From positions 8,836 through 72,835 of the forward strand of contig PLCJ01000001.1 of the NCBI GenBank assembly GCA_003135635.1: 64,000 nucleotides of DNA, written 5' to 3'. Position 1 is the stretch's first letter, and each line of letters starts with the position of its first letter. This document shows positions 47,770 through 56,543 of this stretch, piece by piece. A program made the translations under genes and the position numbers. This DNA is from Candidatus Adlerbacteria bacterium. GTDB taxonomy: Bacteria; Patescibacteriota; Minisyncoccia; Phycocordibacterales; SBAW01. Below the pieces are notes generated by a model. It was not told the DNA's origin. It made no database searches and worked only from the letters and a program-made list of their open reading frames with translations.

Positions 47770-48780
47770 CTAAAGATCAAGAATATGCCGCGCAAGTAGT
47801 GTGGAATCGTGACGAATAAGATCCTGCACAAGACCAGGCTTGCTTAAGAAATCCGCGCACACAATTTTTTCCGACCGCAAACGCACCCGCTCCTCAGCCC
47901 CCGCATCAAAGACAACCGGGAATGCTTTTTCTTTCGCCTGGTATGCCTGAAGCAACTTCTTCGGGATCACTCCACTATTAACGAGTACCGCGTCAAGACA
48001 ATCTCTCCCGATACCATAGGCAAAGAGCGTTTCAACAAAATCCGCAACGCTAAAATCTCTCGTTTCGGCATACTTCGTCATAATATTTGCAACGTATATA
48101 ACTCGCGCGGAGGAATCATGAATTGCTTCTGCGGCTCCCTCTACCAGAAGATTTGGGATAATGGAGGTGTAGAGGTCGCCCGGTCCCAACACAATGAGAT
48201 CGGCTTTCTGTATTGCCTCAGCTGCTTCACGGCAGATAAGCGCAGAGGGCTGAAGTGATACACGCACAATAGTGCGCGTATCATTGTACCCGCGCGTATC
48301 AATCGCTCCTTCACCTTCCAGAGAAGAGCCGTCGGAGAGCTCCGCCACCAAAGTAGCGTGATCTATTGAAATCGGCAGTACTTCTCCGTGGGCATCAAGG
48401 AGCCTGCTTATCCGACGAATGCCTTCAATCGGTCCCCACAATTGCTCCGCGGCAAGTAGCAGCACATTGCCTACGTTGTGTTCGGAAAGTCCCGAACCAT
48501 TTCCTTGAAAACGGTGGCTAAAAATTTCTCGCAGAGTATCGTACTCATCATTTGCCAGTGCCAAGATACACCGGCGAATATCTCCTTGGGGCAGTGAACC
48601 AAATTCATCGCGCAGCTTCCCAGTGCTCCCGCCGCTGTCAAACACCGTACAAATCGCCGTCGGTCGGCCAGGATACCGGTTGAGCCCGCGATTGACTATA
48701 AACCCACCGCTTCCGCCGCCGATGGTCACAATCCTTCGCTCTAATATGTGGGAGCTGCCCTGCATGCCTTTAGGATACAA
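47770..48780 (-). CDS. yvcK: YvcK/CofD-like (UPF0052, gluconeogenesis factor family) protein
   Basis: IVTIGGGSGGFIVNRGL, FDSGGSTGKLRDEFG motifs. Confidence 0.8.
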   Translation of the reverse strand: MYPKGMQGSSHILERRIVTIGGGSGGFIVNRGLNRYPGRPTAICTVFDSGGSTGKLRDEFGSLPQGDIRRCILALANDEYDTLREIFSHRFQGNGSGLSEHNVGNVLLLAAEQLWGPIEGIRRISRLLDAHGEVLPISIDHATLVAELSDGSSLEGEGAIDTRGYNDTRTIVRVSLQPSALICREAAEAIQKADLIVLGPGDLYTSIIPNLLVEGAAEAIHDSSARVIYVANIMTKYAETRDFSVADFVETLFAYGIGRDCLDAVLVNSGVIPKKLLQAYQAKEKAFPVVFDAGAEERVRLRSEKIVCADFLSKPGLVQDLIRHDSTLLARHILDL

Positions 48781-48809
48781 CTATATACCTCCCCCTCGTG
48801 GTCACAGAA

Positions 48810-49280
48810 CTACCACGCAAAGTGCGCAAACGCTTTGTTCGCTTCAGCCATTTTATGCGTATCTTCGCGCTTTTTTACCGCCACTCCTTCATTATTGGAA
48901 GCCGAAAGAATTTCTTCAGCAAGACGTTTATGCATTGCCATGCCTTTGCGCGAACGGGCTGCGGTTAAAATCCATCGAAACGCAAGTGCTTGTTTGCGCT
49001 CAGAGCGGACTTCCCTTGGCACTTGATAGTTAGCACCCCCGACTCGGCGAGAGCGAATTTCCATAGTGGGACTTACATTGCGCAGCGCCGTTTCAAACAC
49101 TTCAACCGGATTTTCAACCTTTGCTTTCTCTTTGATCAGGTCAAATGCGTCATACACCACCTTGCGTGCAGTTGATTTCTTTCCATCCAACATCACCGAA
49201 TTGATAAATTTTTCAACCCGAAGTGATTGGTACTTGAGGTCAGGTTTAAGTTCGTGTTTTTTCTTAAGAGGTCTGCGCAT
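48810..49280 (-). CDS. rpsG: 30S ribosomal protein S7
   Basis: [26 protein letters not shown]. Confidence 0.95.
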   Translation of the reverse strand: MRRPLKKKHELKPDLKYQSLRVEKFINSVMLDGKKSTARKVVYDAFDLIKEKAKVENPVEVFETALRNVSPTMEIRSRRVGGANYQVPREVRSERKQALAFRWILTAARSRKGMAMHKRLAEEILSASNNEGVAVKKREDTHKMAEANKAFAHFAW

Positions 49281-49285
49281 ATGTC

Positions 49286-49702
49286 TTACTTATTTTTGGG
49301 CTTCTTACCCCCATAGCGGCTGCGAGAAACCCGCCGCTTCTCAAGGCCGGAAGCATCCAGACGGCCACGCACCACTTGATAGCGGACGTTAATATCTTTC
49401 ACCCGACCCGCGCGCACCATAACCACGGAGTGTTCCTGGAGATTATGGGTCTCGCCAGGAATATACGCAGTAATTTCTTGTCCGTTCGTGAGACGCACCC
49501 GAGCAATTTTTCGAATGGCAGAGTTTGGTTTGCGCGGTGTTTTGGTAGTCACCTTAGTACACACACCGCGTTTAAAGGGCGATGGGTAAAAAACAGGACG
49601 GTTTTTAACTGCATTAAAACCACGCCCGAGCGCCGGCGCTTTTGATTTTGATTTAATCATTCCCTTACGTCCGCTGCGAACTAGTTGTGAGATACGTGCC
49701 AT
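49286..49702 (-). CDS. rpsL: 30S ribosomal protein S12
   Basis: [15 protein letters not shown]...[29 protein letters not shown]. Confidence 0.95.
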   Translation of the reverse strand: MARISQLVRSGRKGMIKSKSKAPALGRGFNAVKNRPVFYPSPFKRGVCTKVTTKTPRKPNSAIRKIARVRLTNGQEITAYIPGETHNLQEHSVVMVRAGRVKDINVRYQVVRGRLDASGLEKRRVSRSRYGGKKPKNK

Positions 49703-49774
49703 ATTTTCTTAAATAAAATGCCCGCTGAGGTGCGTGCTTGCGCAGTGTACTATAGGCATACTGCTGACGCAACT

Positions 49775-50419
49775 CTACACAGCAACTCCAGTCAAAAGCG
49801 AAAATAGCCAGGAGAGAGCTGCGGTAAAAAAAGGAGAAAGCGCATAAAAAATAATAAGTATGAGAAGCATGCCAGGAAGGAGTCCGATGCGTTCAAAATT
49901 GCTGCGAAACATGGCGTAGGTCTGGGAAAGCCCCGAAGGCAATATGCCGGAAAGTACTTTGGAGCCATCAAAGGGTGGTATAGGGATGAGGTTAAAGAGA
50001 GCAAGAAGCATGTTGATATAAACAATGGCAGCAAACGCGCTTAGCATGGGTGCGCTCATTGCCACTGCTCCAAAACGAATGGTGAGGCCGAATATAAGCG
50101 CGATGCAAATGTTTGTCCCTGGCCCCGCAAATGCGACCAGCGTTTCGTCATACCGGCCAGGTAAATTATCAGGATTGTATGGTACTGGTTTTGCGTAGCC
50201 GATCAGTATAGGAGAGCCGGTCAACCCTAAGAAAAGGGGCAAAATGATCGAGCCGATGGGATCAATATGTGGAAGAGGGTTTAGAGTAAGTCGGCCCATA
50301 AGTCTTGCGGTCGGATCTCCCAACATATCTGCAACGTACCCATGAGCGACTTCATGGAGAATGACGGAAACAATAAGCACCACAAGCCCGAATACAATTT
50401 CTATTTGCATAATGTACAA
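49775..50419 (-). CDS. Site-2 protease family (M50) intramembrane zinc metalloprotease
   Basis: HEVAHG (HExxH) in TM1, NLIPIPPFDGSKV (LDG) motif; alternative start 50410. Confidence 0.8.
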   Translation of the reverse strand: MYIMQIEIVFGLVVLIVSVILHEVAHGYVADMLGDPTARLMGRLTLNPLPHIDPIGSIILPLFLGLTGSPILIGYAKPVPYNPDNLPGRYDETLVAFAGPGTNICIALIFGLTIRFGAVAMSAPMLSAFAAIVYINMLLALFNLIPIPPFDGSKVLSGILPSGLSQTYAMFRSNFERIGLLPGMLLILIIFYALSPFFTAALSWLFSLLTGVAV

Positions 50420-50447
50420 AAAATGATACCATAATTTGCTTAACTAT

Positions 50448-50690
50448 ATGGCAAAAATCTGTCCCATCACGAAAAAAGGTTCGAAAGTCGCCGGCGGCTA
50501 TAGTAACCGCGTGCGTGCTACAAAATTCAATCCAACGGGATCTGTACGCAAACAGCCAAATATGCAGAAGAAGCGCATTTTTGTACCTGAACTGAATCGC
50601 ACCATCGTCGTAACCCTTTCTACGAAAGGGATGCGAACCCTTACAAAAAACGGCGTCTACAATACTTTAAAAAAAGCTGGGGTGATATAA
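50448..50690 (+). CDS. rpmB: 50S ribosomal protein L28
   Basis: MAKICPITKKGSKVAGGYSNRVRATKFNPTGSVRKQPNMQKKRIFVPE; start trimmed to ATG 50448. Confidence 0.88.
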   Translation: MAKICPITKKGSKVAGGYSNRVRATKFNPTGSVRKQPNMQKKRIFVPELNRTIVVTLSTKGMRTLTKNGVYNTLKKAGVI

Positions 50691-50698
50691 CCCGACAC

Positions 50699-50727
50699 TT
50701 GACAAATATTGTGCTGTTGTTTAATAT
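50699..50727 (+). promoter_or_regulatory. Sigma-70-like promoter for candidate sRNA
   Basis: TTGACA-17 nt-TAATAT. Confidence 0.55.
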
Positions 50728-50734
50728 AGCGCGC

Positions 50735-50915
50735 AGAGGTTGGGTTGTGTTGCCCCACTTCCTTGGGAAATCTCCCAAGTGGTGGGCACGTGCTGCACAG
50801 TCATAGGTGGGAGACCCGATGCGGTTTCCAGTCCAGACATCCCTTGGATGTCGACACACACACTTCACAACCTATGGGGACCTCGGCTGCGTCAGCAACC
50901 GGGGTCCTTTATTAT
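50735..50915 (+). ncRNA. Candidate small RNA (~180 nt), family unassigned
   Basis: Between consensus promoter and intrinsic terminator GGACCUCGG-cugcgucagcaa-CCGGGGUCC + UUUAUU (50878-50915); internal hairpins CCACUUCCUUGGG-aaaucu-CCCAAGUGGUGGG and GACAUCC-cuu-GGAUGUC; GC-rich island in AT-rich spacer; short antisense/sense ORFs look spurious. Confidence 0.45.
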
Positions 50916-50997
50916 TTACATATAGTAATTACTTTATTCATAAAATTTTAAAAAGTGTATACTTAGAAATGAACACTACTAGTAATAAACAACTTCT

Positions 50998-51591
50998 ATG
51001 GCATACGAAGAAAAAAAATTTAATCTCCCCGACCTCATAGATATTTCAAAAGAAAGTGTCATTGCGCATCTTGGTCTCTACGCAGGATATGTAAAAAACT
51101 GCAATGCACTCATGAGCCTGGAGAAAGAACTTCGGGGGGACGCCGCCAGCAATACACATGCTCTTGCTGAAGTTGTACGCCGGTTTGCTTTTGAATTTGA
51201 TGGCATGCGCATGCATGAATACTACTTTCAACAGTGGGAAGAGGGAGCAAACGCGCTTGATGGTGCTGGCGCCCTGGGCAGCGCACTCATACAGCAGTTC
51301 GGCAGCATTGTGGAGTTTGAGAAACAGCTCCGTAGTGTCGGTATGATGCGCGGTGTCGGTTGGGCAGTACTCTTTTTTGATCCGGCAAGCAGCCTCTTCC
51401 ACATCGTGTGGGTGGGCGAGCACATGCAAGGACATTTGGCTGGAGTGCCTATCATTTGCGGGCTTGATGTATGGGAGCACGCCTATATTGCCCAGTTTGG
51501 AGCGGGGGGACGAAATGCCTATATTGACGCTTTCTTCAAAAATCTTAATTGGAAAGTAATGGAGAAGCGCTTTAGTGCCGCGATAAAATAA
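50998..51591 (+). CDS. Fe/Mn superoxide dismutase family protein (divergent N-terminus)
   Basis: C-terminal GWAVLFFDP...ICGLDVWEHAYI and MHEYYFQQW match SOD signatures; N-terminal helical hairpin shortened, only one His where HHxKHH is expected. Confidence 0.7.
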   Translation: MAYEEKKFNLPDLIDISKESVIAHLGLYAGYVKNCNALMSLEKELRGDAASNTHALAEVVRRFAFEFDGMRMHEYYFQQWEEGANALDGAGALGSALIQQFGSIVEFEKQLRSVGMMRGVGWAVLFFDPASSLFHIVWVGEHMQGHLAGVPIICGLDVWEHAYIAQFGAGGRNAYIDAFFKNLNWKVMEKRFSAAIK

Positions 51592-51608
51592 ACACGCGTT
51601 GTGGGACG

Positions 51609-52040
51609 CTAGTGATGCCCATCAATCGCCGCATTCACTAATGTGTCGGCGTGCGTATTTTTCTCCCGCCCCACATGGGTAAAGATTACATTTGGCATAT
51701 GCTCAAGGCGCACCGTAGCGACACGCGCAAATAGTTTTTTGAGTGTTGCATCTTTCACCTTATAAATTCCATTGAGCTGCCGTACGGCAAGCTCACTATC
51801 CATACACACCTCAATCTTCATAGACCTGAGTTTTTCTCCAAATAACTCCACTACCGCAGTGAGCGCGCGAATAAGCGCTTCATATTCGGCAACGTTGTTT
51901 GTCGTCTCGCCAATGTAGTCTGATATCTCTTTCAGTACCTTTCCTTCCCCATCAAGAATCACTGCGCCCACGCCGGCGGGCCCCGGATTGCCACGCGCGC
52001 CTCCGTCGGTATATATGGTTATTGCTTCCATGTGCTTCAC
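51609..52040 (-). CDS. rnhA: Ribonuclease HI
   Basis: IYTDGGARGNPGPAGVGAVIL, TNNVAEYEALIRAL. Confidence 0.88.
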   Translation of the reverse strand: MKHMEAITIYTDGGARGNPGPAGVGAVILDGEGKVLKEISDYIGETTNNVAEYEALIRALTAVVELFGEKLRSMKIEVCMDSELAVRQLNGIYKVKDATLKKLFARVATVRLEHMPNVIFTHVGREKNTHADTLVNAAIDGHH

Positions 52041-52052
52041 TATATCCCCAAG

Positions 52053-53705
52053 TTATAGCAAGTCGACGACCCGAACGCGCACACCGCCGCGCCAATCAGT
52101 TTCTATGTGACCCACGACATCAAACCGCTCCCCCACTCGCGCAGGTTTTGTAAATGAGTTTGGTGTCGAAAAAAAGGCTATACCTGAAACTTGATCAGTA
52201 TCTGCGCTCAGTGTAAGCGCGAGGTGATCTTTTGCTTTACCAAAGGTGCGTGCTCCTGCAATTGAGACTCGAGGAAAGAGAAACAGCGGCTTTGGATTTC
52301 CTTGGCCAAAGGGGGCGAGCTGTTTCACGATGCGATGCGCATGCGTAATTTCATGGAGCGGAAGCTCCCGCTCAACAATGGTATCGGGAAGAGGTGTGGG
52401 AGATGTGCGCATCTCTTCATATGCGCTTTGGAGTCTGCCGCTGAGTTCATGTACTCGTTCTTGGGAAACGGAAAAACCGCCTGATGCATAGTGTCCTCCA
52501 AAATCATCAAACACATCCCGTGCAGCACTCATAAGTGCAACGACGTTGAGTGAACCGTCAGAGCGGCATGAACCACGAACCATCGTGCCACCCTCTCGAC
52601 CCCATAAAAATACTGGCTTGCGGTGTACCGCGACTAGTGAATTGGCAACCAGACCAAGCACCCCGGGGCGCCAACGAGGATTTCCCATGATGATGATGGG
52701 GCTTTCTATAGCGCCGCTCAGAAGTCGTTTGTTTACTTCTTTTACCGTCGTCGCCACAGCACCTTTGCGCTTGTCGTTGAGTCTCTGGAGTGTTTGGGCA
52801 AGTTCGCGTGCTTCCTCTGCGTCTTTTGTTGCAAGGAGATGAGCCGCTGTCTCTGGAGCATCCATGCGCGATGCTGCGTTTATGCGTGGCGCAATCATGA
52901 AGCCAATATCATCTTCCGTGAGCGTAGAGGCACGGATGCGCAGCAAGCTCATAAGAGCTGCAATACCCGGCCTGCGACCGCGTTTCATAACCAAGAGACC
53001 GTAGTGCGCGAGCATACGATTTTCTCCTACGAGCGGAACCATGTCAGAGAGCGTTGCAAGCCCAACTAAATCAAGAAGCCATTTCTCTTGGCCCTCGGCG
53101 ATACCAAAACGCTCCCCCCGGAGCATCCCTTGCACGAGCTTCCATGCAACTCCCGCGCCGCACAAGCTATCAAAAGGATAAGTGCTGTCGGGTCGCTTCG
53201 GATTAATTATTGCATAGGCCTCCGGCAGAGACCCAGAGACTAAATGGTGGTCAGTAATAATGATTTCGATATTTTTTTCTTTTGCAAAAAGAACCGGCTC
53301 GACATCACTTATGCCAAGATCAACAGTGATTACCAAAGAAATACCCTCCCTAGCCAGTTGTGCAAGACCGTTCTCATTGAGACCATACCCTTCTGCGTGT
53401 CGATGCGGGATATAGTGTCTGACTTCAAGACCGATGCTGCGTAAAAACTCTACCAGCATGACACCTCCGGGAATGCCGTCGCAGTCGTAGTCGCTCCATA
53501 CGGCAATCTTTTCGCCACGCACCAGTGCATGTTTGATACGCTCTACCGCTTTTTCCATATCAGGAAGAAGAAATGGATCATGAGAATCACGCGTAAAATC
53601 AGGCTCAAGAAAACGCGTTTGTGTTTCTTCAGTTATAAGCCCTCGCGCGCGTAGAAGATCGGTGAGTAATTCGGGATGGAATACTTCTCGCACGCGATAT
53701 ATCAT
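52053..53705 (-). CDS. recJ: Single-stranded-DNA-specific exonuclease RecJ (DHH/DHHA1)
   Basis: DYDCDGIPGG, IITDHH, DHHA1 C-terminus; start trimmed to ATG 53705 (MIYRVREVF), upstream in-frame ATGs possible. Confidence 0.85.
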   Translation of the reverse strand: MIYRVREVFHPELLTDLLRARGLITEETQTRFLEPDFTRDSHDPFLLPDMEKAVERIKHALVRGEKIAVWSDYDCDGIPGGVMLVEFLRSIGLEVRHYIPHRHAEGYGLNENGLAQLAREGISLVITVDLGISDVEPVLFAKEKNIEIIITDHHLVSGSLPEAYAIINPKRPDSTYPFDSLCGAGVAWKLVQGMLRGERFGIAEGQEKWLLDLVGLATLSDMVPLVGENRMLAHYGLLVMKRGRRPGIAALMSLLRIRASTLTEDDIGFMIAPRINAASRMDAPETAAHLLATKDAEEARELAQTLQRLNDKRKGAVATTVKEVNKRLLSGAIESPIIIMGNPRWRPGVLGLVANSLVAVHRKPVFLWGREGGTMVRGSCRSDGSLNVVALMSAARDVFDDFGGHYASGGFSVSQERVHELSGRLQSAYEEMRTSPTPLPDTIVERELPLHEITHAHRIVKQLAPFGQGNPKPLFLFPRVSIAGARTFGKAKDHLALTLSADTDQVSGIAFFSTPNSFTKPARVGERFDVVGHIETDWRGGVRVRVVDLL

Positions 53706-53729
53706 AAGATTCAAGTATACTAGAGATGC

Positions 53730-54119
53730 ATGGATTGTATTTTTTGCAAAATCGTCGCTGGAGAAATTCCTTGCGATCGTATCTATGAAGACACCGAGGT
53801 GCTCGCATTTCTTGACATCCACCCCAAGACGCCGGGGCATACTCTGGTCATACCCAAAACTCATTCTGAAAATATCTACGACATACACTCTCAATCCTTA
53901 ACAGCGATAATGAGTAGCGCACAAAAAATCGCGTGCGCTATAAAAACTGCCCTAGCGGTTGATGGTATTAATGTCATTATGAATAACGGAGCTGCCGCCG
54001 GTCAGATTGTCTTTCACGCACACCTACATGTTATTGCGCGCTTTGCAGCGGGAAGCAACACTTCTCGCCATGAAGAGCTTGGAATCGTTGCCTCAAAAAT
54101 TAGAGAAGCACTTTTATAA
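53730..54119 (+). CDS. HIT family (histidine triad) hydrolase
   Basis: CIFCKI zinc-ribbon start, HAHLHVI histidine triad. Confidence 0.88.
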   Translation: MDCIFCKIVAGEIPCDRIYEDTEVLAFLDIHPKTPGHTLVIPKTHSENIYDIHSQSLTAIMSSAQKIACAIKTALAVDGINVIMNNGAAAGQIVFHAHLHVIARFAAGSNTSRHEELGIVASKIREALL

Positions 54120-54154
54120 CCCTATAGAAGGTTTATCATTCAATGAGCACAAAG

Positions 54155-54192
54155 GAGCACCGAGAGGGCGTACCCAATCGGTGCTCTTGTTT
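54155..54192 (+). terminator. Rho-independent terminator
   Basis: GAGCACCGA-gagggcgtacccaa-TCGGTGCTC then TTGTTT. Confidence 0.75.
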
Positions 54193-54639
54193 AACGCTGA
54201 TCAGTTACCAGACTGTTTAACGGGTTGGCCTTCGGCCGTCATTGCGATCTTGAATCGCCGCCGACCTTTCTTCATCGGGGAGCATTTCGCCGCTTGTTGG
54301 ACAACGAACGAAACTGCTACCTCTGCCGTGGTGGGTAATTTTAGGACCGAGGCTCAATGAGCTTCTCACCGAAGCCATCGTACTAGCTCGATCTGGATCT
54401 ACAGCATTTCTGCTGTTGGAGTCGTTGTCATCCACGGATAACCCTTTCAGCGATCATTGTGCAAAAAGATTGCACTGAAAAAAGAATACGATACGAGATT
54501 TAATTGTCAATGTGGATATTAACTTCATGTTAGCGAGACTCAAATCTATAACCTTCACTAGTTACGAAATGATTTCACGAGTTTGCTTCCAGAACTTTTA
54601 GAAAAAGAGAAAGGAAGTTCTGAATATTCCTCAGTGTCT

Positions 54640-55773
54640 TCAGTTTTGTCTGAGCGCTTCAATACCAACGAGAGTTCCCGCCGTTAAAAAGGCAAGCATA
54701 GCCCCACCGCCAGTTGAGAGAAACACACGTTTTGGATCAAAAGAAAACTTCTGAAGTGCCGCAAGTGTGTCTCCGCCTCCAACCACGCCGACGCCCGTTG
54801 CCCTTGTCAGCGCTTCAGCAAGTGCATCGGTGCCTGAGACAAAACCAAGCTCATATACACCAACTGGGCCATTCCATAAAATAAATGGTGCAGTAGAAAT
54901 TTCCTTGCCCCATTCTTGCGCAGTGATCGGGCCAATATCATCGATTTGCTCGGCTTTATGTACATTGTTTATATACGCTTCCCGTTCGGCATTTGCACCT
55001 TCATCTTTAAATACAGCATCTACCGGCACCACCAGTCGTTCATTTTGCGCAAGCTCAACGGGAATGGGAGTTGAGGAAATAACTGAGCTTCCAATGGGAG
55101 CGCCGCGAACCTTCAGCACATCGTTTGCAAGCGCGCCGCCAAGAAAAATCTTTTCGTAGGAAGAGAGTAGTTTGCTGATGAGGGGTTCTTTTGTTTGAAA
55201 TTTTGCCCCACCGATGATAGCAAGCGCGTGGGGAGGAGGAGTGAGCGCCGGGGAAAGTCGTGCAATTTCCTCGGCCATCAAAAAGCCACAGTAGGAAGGC
55301 AGGAGTGGGGGTATGCCGATGATTGATGCATGTCCTCGATGCGAATCGGCAAATGCATCGTTTACATAGATGTCACCGAGGCTTGCAAACGCCTCCGCAA
55401 GCTTAGAGTCATTGCTTTCTTCCCCCGCGTTGCGTCGCACATTTTCAAGTACCAGGCACTCACCATCAAGAAGCTTCTTTATCTCTGCCTTTGCGGCGCT
55501 CAGCGCTCCAGGAAAAAATTTGACCGGCACTCCCGAAATGAGGCTTGAGAGCGCAGTGACAATGGGCTCAAGTGTGGCTCCTTCACTGCCCAAATGAGCA
55601 AGGATAACAATACGCGCTCCATGTTCATGCAACCATAAGATAGTAGGCAGTGCTGCTTTGAGGCGAAATAGGTCACCAGGGGCACCATTAAGGAGCGGCA
55701 CATTAAGACTGGTGCGCAGAAGCACCCGCTTGCCGCGGACCTCGGCCGAGGAAATAATTTTTACTTCTTGCAT
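54640..55773 (-). CDS. pgk: Phosphoglycerate kinase
   Basis: N-terminal KRVLLRTSLNVPL, hinge and C-terminal GGGDTLAAL motifs. Confidence 0.93.
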   Translation of the reverse strand: MQEVKIISSAEVRGKRVLLRTSLNVPLLNGAPGDLFRLKAALPTILWLHEHGARIVILAHLGSEGATLEPIVTALSSLISGVPVKFFPGALSAAKAEIKKLLDGECLVLENVRRNAGEESNDSKLAEAFASLGDIYVNDAFADSHRGHASIIGIPPLLPSYCGFLMAEEIARLSPALTPPPHALAIIGGAKFQTKEPLISKLLSSYEKIFLGGALANDVLKVRGAPIGSSVISSTPIPVELAQNERLVVPVDAVFKDEGANAEREAYINNVHKAEQIDDIGPITAQEWGKEISTAPFILWNGPVGVYELGFVSGTDALAEALTRATGVGVVGGGDTLAALQKFSFDPKRVFLSTGGGAMLAFLTAGTLVGIEALRQN

Positions 55774-56537
55774 GCAGAGAGTATCTCGATAAATGATTCT
55801 ATCTCAGCGCTTGCGTGCCCAACCAAAAAACCCGAGACCCCACCTTCTTGCATAAGCAAGTGGGCATTTTGAGGCTCAATCGAACCACCATAGAGAACCG
55901 GCACTCCGCGCGCTGACTCGCGGCCTAAAATATCGACAAGAATTTTCCGGATGAAAATTTGCATCTCTTGAAGTTCACCAGGGTTCATTGCGTCTTGTGC
56001 GGTCTTCCCGATCGCCCAGACCGGCTCATAGGCAATCATCAGTTTACGAGTTGCACTGCGCGGAAAGTCGGAAAGCGCTGACGATAATTGCGAAGAAATA
56101 ACTTCAAAATAGGATCCATTGTGATCATGTTCCCGCTCCCCTATGCACAGCACTGCCGTAAGACCCGCTTGTATGGTCTGCAAAAGTTCTTCATGAATGA
56201 GTGCGTCTGTCTCCCCGAGCGCACGACGATCAGAATGTCCTACAAGCACAAACGAAGCGCCAGTCTGTTTTAGCATAGTGGCCGAGACATCGCCCGTATG
56301 CGCGCCCGCTTTGTGGGCGGAGACTGTTTGTGCCCCCAGGCGCACCGAAGTATTTTTAAGCGTGGGTTGCAGAAGTGAAAGGAGTGTAAAAGGAGGAGCT
56401 ACCCATACCTCAAGACCCCGAAAGAGGCGAGCGCGTCGCGTAAGCGTCAGAGCAAATTTCTTTGCTTCACTCGGCGAGGCAATATACATCTTCCAATTAC
56501 CAATAACAAAACGTTTTTTCACCCCCCAACTATACAA
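55761..56537 (-). CDS. tpiA: Triosephosphate isomerase
   Basis: IGNWKM, AYEPVWAIG, VLYGGSI motifs; overlaps pgk start by 13 nt. Confidence 0.9.
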   Translation of the reverse strand: MYSWGVKKRFVIGNWKMYIASPSEAKKFALTLTRRARLFRGLEVWVAPPFTLLSLLQPTLKNTSVRLGAQTVSAHKAGAHTGDVSATMLKQTGASFVLVGHSDRRALGETDALIHEELLQTIQAGLTAVLCIGEREHDHNGSYFEVISSQLSSALSDFPRSATRKLMIAYEPVWAIGKTAQDAMNPGELQEMQIFIRKILVDILGRESARGVPVLYGGSIEPQNAHLLMQEGGVSGFLVGHASAEIESFIEILSACKK

Positions 56538-56543
56538 TTCTTA

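Noticed and set aside
50740-51040. Short plus-strand ORFs (61-77 aa) in the rpmB-SOD spacer as small proteins
   Set aside because: They overlap each other in different frames within a GC-rich, hairpin-dense segment bounded by a promoter and terminator, which is better explained as structured RNA.
54007-54435. ORFs 54007-54360 (+) and 54217-54435 (-) as genes
   Set aside because: The first overlaps the HIT gene in another frame. The second is low-complexity (Arg/Ser/Asp-rich) with no start context. Both are treated as non-coding.
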